A DNA stretch of 64,000 nucleotides. Source: a virus. Positions 28,920 through 37,329 of this stretch are shown here, piece by piece. The notes under the pieces were generated by a model, which saw nothing but the letters and a program-made list of their open reading frames with translations, searched no databases and was not told the DNA's origin. A program made the position numbers and the translations under genes. The stretch is taken from positions 1 through 64,000 of IMG/VR virus record IMGVR_UViG_3300046557_000512; one strand, 5' to 3'. Numbering within the stretch: the first letter of the stretch is position 1; every line of letters starts with the position of its first letter.

Positions 28920-29416
28920 CAGGCGTCTTGCCCCGTGCGCATCATCTTCTCGAGGCGATCGGCGCGTGCGCCAACCTGGCCGTCCCATTTCGAGTTCGCC
29001 ATGCCATCGGCGGCGGCGCCGTATTTCCCGGTGCGGACGAACTCGAGGGTGTTCTTGAAGCCAGTCAGGCCCTTGATGCCGTTGCCGATGCCCATGTTGA
29101 AGCACATGTTCAGCAGCACACGCTGGCGGACGTCGTCGAGCTTGCGCCACCAAGGCAGCTTGCGGTCGAGGTCGGCTTCGCTGCGCTTGATGTCGTTGAA
29201 AAAGAGATAGTCCGACTGCGCTTGCGTAATGCCGTACTTGATGATGCTGGCGACGGTGATGCCCAACACCCGAGTCTCCTCGGCCGAGATGCCGACGTCG
29301 TCGAGGTTGCGCCCCTTGCCGATCGACAACTTGCCGGCGGTGCAGCGGTAGACGCGAAGCTTGTCGCCTTCGTCACGCGCAATCTCCTGCGCCAGTTTGA
29401 GGTGGTTATAGTCCAT
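28919..29416 (-). CDS. Endolysin, T4-like lysozyme (GH24)
   Basis: DEG..LRVYRCTAGKLSIGKGRNL, LLNMCFNMG, SKWDGQVGARADRL. Confidence 0.92.
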   Translation of the reverse strand: MDYNHLKLAQEIARDEGDKLRVYRCTAGKLSIGKGRNLDDVGISAEETRVLGITVASIIKYGITQAQSDYLFFNDIKRSEADLDRKLPWWRKLDDVRQRVLLNMCFNMGIGNGIKGLTGFKNTLEFVRTGKYGAAADGMANSKWDGQVGARADRLEKMMRTGQDA

Positions 29417-29439
29417 GGAAACCTCGTGTGTGCCGGACA

Positions 29440-29535
29440 CTATGCACTACGGGCGTAGTGGTGCCGTTGGGTTTGGGGAGCGGTGCGCTCCGGGATCAGC
29501 AGCGCGAGGAGCGCCGCGAGGATTGTGCGGCGCAT
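29440..29535 (-). CDS. Possible 31-aa peptide with hydrophobic N-terminus
   Basis: MRRTILAALLALLIPERTAPQTQRHHYARSA; TGATG coupling to the holin stop codon. Confidence 0.35.
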   Translation of the reverse strand: MRRTILAALLALLIPERTAPQTQRHHYARSA

Positions 29536-29921
29536 CAATCCTTCTTCATGCCGGGCAGCGACGGAATGATGTCCTTCACGACGTTTGTAATCGTCGTCAA
29601 AGGACTCTCGGCGAACTGCTTCGACGCGTTCATGAAGCCGAGAACGATGTTCTCGGTCATCACGCCGGCGATGCCGGCCGCCGTAAGCTGCCAGGGAAGA
29701 CTGCGGCCCTCCATGATCCACCCCGCCAGCAAAGCGCCGACGCCACCGAACATGCAGCCGGCGGCGAGCTTCAGTGCCGTGCGTCGCGTCGCATCGAAGA
29801 TCGACGCGAGCAACGTGATGAGCGAACCGCCCACGAAGAACAGCGTGTGGCCGATCGCCGACGCGTAGTCGGGGCTTACGCTCGCTGCGATATTGGCCGC
29901 GGCGGCGGCGTTGTTCGACAT
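29535..29921 (-). CDS. Putative holin (about 3 TM helices)
   Basis: Three hydrophobic segments, charged C-terminus, upstream of the endolysin. Confidence 0.65.
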   Translation of the reverse strand: MSNNAAAAANIAASVSPDYASAIGHTLFFVGGSLITLLASIFDATRRTALKLAAGCMFGGVGALLAGWIMEGRSLPWQLTAAGIAGVMTENIVLGFMNASKQFAESPLTTITNVVKDIIPSLPGMKKD

Positions 29922-30271
29922 TATCGGTTGCCCCAGAGATAGACCGGCTCGAGACCGCGCGAGACGATCAGCTTGTGCTTGATGAACAGGTGTGCGGTGA
30001 AGAAGAGAATGCCCATGCCGGCATGAAGCGGCATCCACATGTTGGTGTGCGGGCCGACGTAAAAGAGGCCGTTGAGCAGTGCCCAGAACCCCAACACCGC
30101 GGTGTGTGCGATCGTGAAGATTGTCGAGCAGACCACCCAAACATAGGCGAGAGCGTTTTCACGGCCGCGCAGGATGTCTCGCGGCGTGAAGTGGAAATCG
30201 ACCCCACTCCCGATCGCCAGCAGCCCCGAAATCAGGGCCAGCAGCGAACATGCGAGTGCGAGAGCGATCAT
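29921..30271 (-). CDS. Membrane protein of the lysis cassette
   Basis: Three hydrophobic segments; TAATG overlap with the holin candidate. Confidence 0.65.
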   Translation of the reverse strand: MIALALACSLLALISGLLAIGSGVDFHFTPRDILRGRENALAYVWVVCSTIFTIAHTAVLGFWALLNGLFYVGPHTNMWMPLHAGMGILFFTAHLFIKHKLIVSRGLEPVYLWGNR

Positions 30272-30507
30272 AAGCTGAATTTCTCCATGCAGGTTATCCT
30301 ATGCATGTGTGTTGAATAGCATGCAGTCTACCACGGGTAGTGGAGCTGTGCAACGGCAACGCAACGTTTGGATTGGTGCGAGGTCATCGTGCGGGCTACC
30401 TTGAAAACCGGGTATGTGCATGGTAGATAACACAACTGCGTGTTATACTCAACAGCGGTTGCACGCCGTCAACGCGTTTCACCACCCATCGGAGTTCACC
30501 AAACAAA

Positions 30508-30945
30508 ATGCTCGAATTTAACCTTGCTGACGGCAACGCTTTGGACATCCCGGCGGCCAGTATCTCGATGTTCGAGAGCCTGACGGCCGTGAAGAACGAA
30601 GCCTACCCCGACGCCAAATCGTTCATCCGCTATTCGATCGGCGAGATGGACTACCAAGCCCTGCTGACCGACAGCTTCGACGACGTCATTCGTGTCCTCG
30701 ACATCAACGTCCGGCCTGGCCCCTGGCTCATCCTGACCAACGCCAACGGCAACAAGCTTGGCGTGATCGCCGGCAATATCCTGGCACGTAAGGGCCTGCC
30801 GTCCGGCGAGACCGAACTATCGATCGCGCTGAATCAGAACGGCCAGATCGGCGACTTCACCGTCAGCGAGACCCGCGACACCGTCAAGACGATGATGGGC
30901 GACCTCAATCGGCCGGCCGGTCTCATCGAAATACCCACCGCTTAA
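30508..30945 (+). CDS. Hypothetical protein with two tandem FlbD-like repeats
   Basis: Two similar halves (LEFNLADGNALDI...LTDSFDDVI / LILTNANGNKLGV...VSETRDTV); good codon usage; upstream TATACT box. Confidence 0.65.
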   Translation: MLEFNLADGNALDIPAASISMFESLTAVKNEAYPDAKSFIRYSIGEMDYQALLTDSFDDVIRVLDINVRPGPWLILTNANGNKLGVIAGNILARKGLPSGETELSIALNQNGQIGDFTVSETRDTVKTMMGDLNRPAGLIEIPTA

Positions 30946-30968
30946 CCCCACAAACCAGGAGAAGGACC

Positions 30969-31244
30969 TTGGATATTCCCGAAAACCCCACCCCCGAAGA
31001 ACTGGAGGAAATGCGAGCTGCCGTCGAAGCCGAAGATCAACGCATTGCCCAGGAAGCTATTGCGGCTCGCGCCGCTAAGCTTGCTCCCTTGCGTGCGATC
31101 CTCGACTCGAACGGCTTCAAGACCGTCTTGAACGGCCTGCGCGACATTCGCGACGGAGGCACCCTCTCGGAGGAGCCGAACATTGCTCCTCACCTCGATG
31201 CACTGGTGACCATCATGCCAGTGCTGGATACCAACGCGAACTAA
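30969..31244 (+). CDS. Hypothetical protein
   Basis: AGGAGAAGGA RBS before TTG; followed by a terminator. Confidence 0.65.
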   Translation: MDIPENPTPEELEEMRAAVEAEDQRIAQEAIAARAAKLAPLRAILDSNGFKTVLNGLRDIRDGGTLSEEPNIAPHLDALVTIMPVLDTNAN

Positions 31245-31248
31245 GACG

Positions 31249-31272
31249 AAGGGGGCCGGAAGGCCCCCTTTT
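31249..31272. terminator. Intrinsic terminator between convergent genes
   Basis: AAGGGGGCC-GGAA-GGCCCCCTTTT. Confidence 0.8.
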
Positions 31273-31717
31273 AGTATTCTAGCGCTGGCGGTTCGGGCCA
31301 GACGACTTCTTCTGGCGATCCAAAGTCGATCGCGATCCGATGCAGAGCGCGGATCATCACCCGCACCTGAGCCTGGCATCCCGGCGTAAGCGGGGAGCAC
31401 CCCTCATCCACAGCCCAGCGCCAGCGATCGATGCGCAGATTGCGCTCTGATCGCACATGATCCCCCATCGGTGTATCCCAAGGGTTGGCGGCAGCGCGCG
31501 CCGCGGCGTCCGCCTGTTCGGCTTCAGCAGCGATCTCGCGCTGAGTGTGAATGATGCAGCAGGCGCAATAACCCTTCTCTCCATCTTCGTCAGGCACGAT
31601 CGCGAAAGCCGGCAGACTCTTGCCACAGCCCCCGCATTCGTAACCGGCAGGGTCGAGCTTGGATGGGTCGACCCCCGCGGCGATCGCGTGATCTTCGAGA
31701 TTGATATAATCGGTCAC
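31271..31717 (-). CDS. Tail fibre assembly chaperone with N-terminal Zn finger
   Basis: CGGC...CACC; VRSERN...SPL...RAL...VVWPEPP C-terminus typical of tail assembly chaperones. Confidence 0.75.
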   Translation of the reverse strand: MTDYINLEDHAIAAGVDPSKLDPAGYECGGCGKSLPAFAIVPDEDGEKGYCACCIIHTQREIAAEAEQADAAARAAANPWDTPMGDHVRSERNLRIDRWRWAVDEGCSPLTPGCQAQVRVMIRALHRIAIDFGSPEEVVWPEPPALEY

Positions 31718-31718
31718 G

Positions 31719-32054
31719 CTATGGTCTCACAGTCACGGTGGATTTCTGGCTGGCGGGCGTGGCAGAGCGTTCACCTGACCCGGCGCCCTGTGCCTGCCAG
31801 ATGAGATGCGAGAAGGCGCTCAGAGCTGCTGCGGTGCCTGAGTAGCCGTCGATCGTGAGACCGACTGCCTGGACCCCGCTGCCCATCTGAACGACGATGT
31901 CCTCAAACCAGTTGAGCGTGGCCGTGTTTGAGCCCGTCGTGCCCTGCGACACCGAGACGTTGTCCTGCATGATTTTCTGCCAGACGCCGGCCTTCTTGGC
32001 CCAGATGCCCACGGTGACGGTGCCGTTATATTCCCACGAACCGGGGACAGACAT
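31719..32054 (-). CDS. Small beta-rich tail-fibre-associated protein
   Basis: Same frame as the fibre gene, 15 bp downstream, with an AAGGA RBS. Confidence 0.7.
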   Translation of the reverse strand: MSVPGSWEYNGTVTVGIWAKKAGVWQKIMQDNVSVSQGTTGSNTATLNWFEDIVVQMGSGVQAVGLTIDGYSGTAAALSAFSHLIWQAQGAGSGERSATPASQKSTVTVRP

Positions 32055-32069
32055 TTCAATCGTTCCTTA

Positions 32070-35000
32070 TCAGTCGGGGATGAATGACGAGTGGAGGGTG
32101 ATCGTGCCGGAGAATTGCAGCCGGTAGTTGCCGTCTGTCGCGTCGGGCGAGCTCGACTTGTCGATTTGCAGAGTTGGTCCGCTCCCTGGCGCCGTCGAGG
32201 TCGTCAGGTCGTAGTTCGACGGGCTTGCCGGCGTCAGGATACGAAGACGAGCCGTGAAGCCGGTAGAGGTCAGACTGTCGGCGTAGAGCTTGTAGGTCTC
32301 GCCAGCGGAAAGTGGCGCCAGGTTGTTCTGCTTGAAATCGAGCGCAGGCAGAGCTCCAAGATCCGTGCCGAAGCTGACGACGTCGCCATCCGAGACAAGG
32401 AAATCCTTCGACTTCAGCGCTACAGGCCAGCCTTGCCCGGAGCCGAGACGAATGAACGCGCCGGCCTGAAGACCCCCGGTAAAGACGGCGTTGCCGCCGA
32501 CCATCTGGAGCGTGAGCGTCCAGCCGGCGGTGGTCTGATTATAGAGCGAGATGTTGGACGCGCCGATCGCGACGTCCGACGTCAGAGTTCCATTGTCATC
32601 CTTTGCACGGAAGCTGATGAACGCAGCCGCGGCGCCAGCCACAACTTCCTTTTGGGCGTAGGCTTCGACCTTGCCGTTGACCGTAACAAGCGCTCCCTCG
32701 GTCGTGGTGACCCGCGACGACAGCGACGTGATGCTCGACGTAGCTGCCTGCGACGCAATCTCCTGGTCGGTCGCAGCACGGAATGATGCCCGATACCATT
32801 CGATCACCTTGGCCGCGCGCGTCAGTTGGGCCCAGTTCGACAAGGCGAACAGAACAGGCTCGGTTGCCGCTGCGTCTTGCAAGCGAACCAGTTTCGCGAA
32901 ACGATACGTGGTGCCCGCGACGCCTGCACCGACCGCGTTGCCGCTGCTGTCGGGATCAGAGAAAAAGTCGATCCGACCCACATCCACCTGATAGGAATTG
33001 CTGCTGTTGTAGCCTTGAAGCAGCATGCTCGACCCGGCCAGCGAACCGCTGATAAGCCTGACTTCTGCTTCCAGCACATACCAGCCGAGACGAAGCGTGC
33101 CTTGACCCATTGCGGTAGTGTTGTTCCAGCTCTGCTGATGTCCGCATTCTTCGGCGGCCGCCACCGTATCGCGAATGGCGAAGCCACCGCGAGGGCTGGT
33201 TACGCGGGCGCGCGTGGCTGCACCGGTGTAGGCCCAAACGCTCCAATTATCGGGCGGGTTCGACGCGTTCGCCCACGCGTTGAAGAGCGGGTTGACGTTG
33301 ATCGAGTTGGCGCCGATCGTCGCGGCCAGGTTGGCGCTCGACAGCGCGGCAGCTGCGCTGGCCGACGATGCCGCTGCGAAGCTCTGCGCATTGGTCGCGC
33401 TGGTCGATGCGTTGCCCGCTTGCGTGGAGGCCGTGACGGCCGAGCCGGCCGCGGCAGTCGCGCTGTTCGACGCGTTCGTGGCGGACGTGTTTGCGTTCGA
33501 GGCTTGGGTGCTTGCAGTGGACGCGCTGCTCGAGGCGTTGCCGGCGCTGGTGTTGGCGGCGGTGGCCGATCCGCTGGCGGCAGTTGCAGACGTCCCCGCG
33601 TTGGTCGCGCTGGTCGAGGCATTCGACGCGGACGTCGCAGCGGCGGTCGCGGATCCAGCTGCATTGAACTGATCGGTGACGTCCTCGAACTTGCACGAGG
33701 CCAGCTGATAGGTGTTGCTCGCATTGAGCGCGGCAAAGATCGGCCTGATATAAACGCCACCGGCAGCAATGACCGTATCGCCCGACACCTCAGTGACGCG
33801 CGTCACCCAGGTGTTCTGGGTCAGGATGCCACTGCCCGTGGAGATATTGGTCGCCTGATTATAGGCGTCGTTCAGGTAGGTTAGGTAGCAGGCGAACTGA
33901 GGGCTGCCGACCGGCACGTTTGTGACGCGCGCCGTCATCGTGACGCGATAGCGCCTGCCCGCCTGCGCCTTCATCACGCCGATCGACGAGTAATAGGTCG
34001 AGCCCGCACCGTCGACTTCGAACACCTTGCCGATGCCCGTAACCGTTGGGAACCGGAAGGTGGCGTTGGTCTGTATCGACACCCTGGTCGCCGGGTCTCC
34101 CGTATAGCCGGCCTGCCAGAACTTGCCCTCTTGCGTGAAGTCGCTGGGGAAGGTCGCGGCGGCGCTTTGAAGCGCGCCTGCTGCCGAGCTCGAGGCCGAG
34201 ACCTGGGAAGCCAGCGCAGCACTCGCGCTGTTCGACGCGTTGGTCGCCTGGGTGCTCGCGGTAGAGGCGCTACCAGACGCAGCCGTCGCCGAGCCAGCCG
34301 CAGCCGTTGCCGAATTGGATGCGTTGGTCGCCTGCGTGGACGCTGTGTTGGCCGAGCCGGCCGCATTCGTCGCCGAAGTGGCCGCGGTGGTTGCACTGGT
34401 CGAAGCATTGCCGGCGCTGGTCGAGGCGTTCGTGGCGCTGGTCTGTGCAGCACTCGCGCTGGTCGAGGCATTCGTGGCGCTGGTCGAAGCAGTGCTGGCC
34501 GAGCTGGCCGCTGCCGACGCACTCCCCGCAGCGGCGGATTGCTCGGTGATGTCGCGGATGTAAAGCGCGGTGACATCGACACGGGCCGCGGTTGCAAGGT
34601 TGGCCCCAGTGACATCGCGGTTGGTCAGAAGGCCCAACCGAAATACTTCCCCGGCAACCCCAGACGTCGTCGTGTCATAGGTCCAGGTGAGCGTCTGAAC
34701 GGTGCCGTCGAGGAGAACGTAGGGAGACAGAACAACGTTGCCGCTATTGGCCTTCGCCGCGTTGAAGCGCGTCAGATATGCGCCCGCGTAGTTTGCGGCC
34801 GATCCCGATACCTTCTTGATGACCGCGACAAGCTGATACTTGCGACCAGGCGCCCACACGATCTTGCTGTTGCACCAGGCGCCCCACGGATACGAAGCGG
34901 CCGCGGTGTCGAGCTGGATCGTCTTTCCGTCCGTCGACATGGTGTTAGCCGGCAGCGAACCATCGGCGTAGTTGGTGAACGCCTGCGTGAAGATCCCAGC

Positions 35001-37283
35001 CGACACGGACTGCGGGAACGTGCTGGCGAGCGACGACATCGCGTCTGAGGCGCTGTTACTGGCAACTGTGGCGCTCGAAGCCGCCGCGCTCGCTGAACCC
35101 GACGCATTCGTGGCACTGGTCGAAGCTTGACCCGCTGACGTGCTCGCATTGCCCGCCGAGGTGTTTGCAGCGGTTGCGGAGGTCTGCGCGGCAGTTGCCT
35201 GCTGACCAGCGGTTGTCGCGGACGACGCGGCATTCGAAGCCGACGTGCTCGCAGCGGTCGCGCTGGTGGCTGCATTGGTGGCGCTGGTGCCGGCGTTGGT
35301 TGCTGCCGTCGTAGCCACCCCGGCCTGCGTGGTGGCCGTCGATGCACTGCCGGTCGCACTGGTCGCGCTGTTCGACGCGTTCGTCGCATAGGTGTTGGCG
35401 TTGCTCGCCGAGGTGCTGGCGTTAGTGGCGCTGGTCGAGGCGGCCGACGCGGATGTGCCAGCGGCGGTCGCGGATCCAGCCGCGCTCGAGGCAGAGGTTG
35501 CCGCGGCGTTGGCGCTGTTGGACGCCGCCGTCTGCGCGGTGACGTCTGTGATCGTCAGGCGGCGGATTTGAACCGTCGTCGATGTCGCGCCCCCAGCGAA
35601 GGCTTGTGCATACGGGCGCAGCCACACTGAGCCGGCCGGCCAGGCGGCAATCCCAGCACTGGCAGTGTCGCTGACAGTGACCGACATGGTCTGAACGGAG
35701 CCGTTCATGACCGGCCCGTTGTTGGTCCCGGCTCCGACCGAAGCGTAGGATGCGTCGAGTCCCCGCACGTTCATTTGCACGGTAGTCGACGCGTTGCCAG
35801 TGCCGACGATCGCGGTCTGCTGGTATTCGACCTCGAACTTGTAGATCTTGCCCGGCGTCGCTGGAACGACGGCGCGTGTGGTAAAGATGAATGAGCTGCC
35901 AGAGACGACCGTCTGCTGGTAAACAGGCCCGTAGCCCGCCGCTGTCGCGTTCGACGGCAACCCAGCGCTCGAGGACGGCGAGCCTGCGATGGAACCCAGC
36001 ACGAAGTAGTCCCCAGTGCCGTCGTAGCGGTCAGGGAGCGTCTTCACGGCGTTGATATTGGCCGATACCTGCGAAGCAGCAGCAGCGGCGGCTGAGTTGC
36101 TCGAGTTGGTGGCGCCCGTGCTGGCCGTCGTGGCGGAACCGGCCGCAGCAGTCGCGCTGTTGCCGGCGTTGGTCGCGCTGGTCTGCGCTTGGGTGCGGGC
36201 CGTCTCAGCCGCGGTTTGTGCGGCGACCGATGCTGCGCGGGCGGTGTCCGAATTGGTAGCGGCTGTTTGAGCGGCGGTCTGTGCGCTCTGAGCGGCCGTC
36301 AGCGCCGTTTGAGCGGCACCCTGGGCCGCGGTGGCGTTGGTCGCCGCCGTGTTCGCGGTGTCGCGGTAGCCCTGCGCGGAGGTCGCGCTGGTGGCCGCGG
36401 CGGCAGCGCTGGCGGCGGCTGCCGCGGTGCTCCCGTAGGTCGCTTCCAGCTGATCCTGGCGCGTGGTGATGTCGTCGATGTTCTCGAGGACGGTGTCGAC
36501 GGGGATGCCGCCTACATGGTGCGTGTCGTTAGAGGTGCCCTGCCCCGTGATGACGTCGCCGTCGTGGATGAGGTTGCCGTTGCTATCCCTGATGTTGCCG
36601 GCATGGCCCATGTCGTTCCCGAGAGAGCCGCCGACGGTCGCGCCGTCTTCGGGTTTCCCAGGGCCGGTGACGCCGCCCCAGTTCGCCAGCTGGCTCGCGC
36701 GATCAGCAAGAGACGCGTCGAGATCGGCCTGCTTCGCCGCGACCGCTGCGAACGCAGTTTGGAAGTCTGCTTGAACGATGCCGGGCGTGTCGCCAGTGAA
36801 GTCGTTCCACGCGGGCTTTCCACCGGCCGACAGGGTGTTGAGGTAGACATCGAGCGCCGTCTTGGCGGCGAGCAAAGCGGAGCGCGCGCTATCCAGACCA
36901 CCAAGCTGCACTGCCTTGGCGGCCGAAGCGGCCACACTGGCCGCGATCTGGTTGTAGGTCGTGACCAGCGAGGGTTTCTCGCCGCGCGAGAGGATCCCGT
37001 CGCTCGTGATGCCAGCGAGGTCACTAATGACCTGACTGGCAGCGACGCTCATGATCGTACCGGTCACGTCGCCGGCGAAGGCGACGTTTGCCAGCGGCTG
37101 ATAATGCGCGCTCTTGGCGCCGATCAGGTTGCTGTAAATTGCCCCGCCCGCGGCGATGTCAGCATCGACCCGGCGGTAGGCGCGAACCTGGAAGGTGTAG
37201 AACCGATCGGCGGCCACGCCGGGGAGGATGATCGAGCGCTTGTTGGGCTGGACGAACACACTGGTGGCTGCGGGGGTCGGCAT
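32070..37283 (-). CDS. Long tail fibre / receptor-binding protein
   Basis: Stf-like A/S/T/N heptad stretches alternating with four globular modules of about 160-180 aa. Confidence 0.88.
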   Translation of the reverse strand: MPTPAATSVFVQPNKRSIILPGVAADRFYTFQVRAYRRVDADIAAGGAIYSNLIGAKSAHYQPLANVAFAGDVTGTIMSVAASQVISDLAGITSDGILSRGEKPSLVTTYNQIAASVAASAAKAVQLGGLDSARSALLAAKTALDVYLNTLSAGGKPAWNDFTGDTPGIVQADFQTAFAAVAAKQADLDASLADRASQLANWGGVTGPGKPEDGATVGGSLGNDMGHAGNIRDSNGNLIHDGDVITGQGTSNDTHHVGGIPVDTVLENIDDITTRQDQLEATYGSTAAAAASAAAAATSATSAQGYRDTANTAATNATAAQGAAQTALTAAQSAQTAAQTAATNSDTARAASVAAQTAAETARTQAQTSATNAGNSATAAAGSATTASTGATNSSNSAAAAAASQVSANINAVKTLPDRYDGTGDYFVLGSIAGSPSSSAGLPSNATAAGYGPVYQQTVVSGSSFIFTTRAVVPATPGKIYKFEVEYQQTAIVGTGNASTTVQMNVRGLDASYASVGAGTNNGPVMNGSVQTMSVTVSDTASAGIAAWPAGSVWLRPYAQAFAGGATSTTVQIRRLTITDVTAQTAASNSANAAATSASSAAGSATAAGTSASAASTSATNASTSASNANTYATNASNSATSATGSASTATTQAGVATTAATNAGTSATNAATSATAASTSASNAASSATTAGQQATAAQTSATAANTSAGNASTSAGQASTSATNASGSASAAASSATVASNSASDAMSSLASTFPQSVSAGIFTQAFTNYADGSLPANTMSTDGKTIQLDTAAASYPWGAWCNSKIVWAPGRKYQLVAVIKKVSGSAANYAGAYLTRFNAAKANSGNVVLSPYVLLDGTVQTLTWTYDTTTSGVAGEVFRLGLLTNRDVTGANLATAARVDVTALYIRDITEQSAAAGSASAAASSASTASTSATNASTSASAAQTSATNASTSAGNASTSATTAATSATNAAGSANTASTQATNASNSATAAAGSATAASGSASTASTQATNASNSASAALASQVSASSSAAGALQSAAATFPSDFTQEGKFWQAGYTGDPATRVSIQTNATFRFPTVTGIGKVFEVDGAGSTYYSSIGVMKAQAGRRYRVTMTARVTNVPVGSPQFACYLTYLNDAYNQATNISTGSGILTQNTWVTRVTEVSGDTVIAAGGVYIRPIFAALNASNTYQLASCKFEDVTDQFNAAGSATAAATSASNASTSATNAGTSATAASGSATAANTSAGNASSSASTASTQASNANTSATNASNSATAAAGSAVTASTQAGNASTSATNAQSFAAASSASAAAALSSANLAATIGANSINVNPLFNAWANASNPPDNWSVWAYTGAATRARVTSPRGGFAIRDTVAAAEECGHQQSWNNTTAMGQGTLRLGWYVLEAEVRLISGSLAGSSMLLQGYNSSNSYQVDVGRIDFFSDPDSSGNAVGAGVAGTTYRFAKLVRLQDAAATEPVLFALSNWAQLTRAAKVIEWYRASFRAATDQEIASQAATSSITSLSSRVTTTEGALVTVNGKVEAYAQKEVVAGAAAAFISFRAKDDNGTLTSDVAIGASNISLYNQTTAGWTLTLQMVGGNAVFTGGLQAGAFIRLGSGQGWPVALKSKDFLVSDGDVVSFGTDLGALPALDFKQNNLAPLSAGETYKLYADSLTSTGFTARLRILTPASPSNYDLTTSTAPGSGPTLQIDKSSSPDATDGNYRLQFSGTITLHSSFIPD

Positions 37284-37329
37284 CCCCGCATTATAGGTTA
37301 TTGCATGTGTGTTGTCACCTATGCACTAG
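37284..37329 (-). promoter_or_regulatory. Sigma70-type promoter with overlapping operator motif; leaderless start
   Basis: GTGACA (37318-37313), 17 bp, TATAAT (37295-37290), 6 nt, ATG; repeated motif at 37308-37326. Confidence 0.75.

Noticed and set aside
32070-37283. Diversity-generating retroelement or invertible tail-fibre cassette
   Set aside because: No reverse transcriptase, TR/VR pair or invertase is visible in the window.
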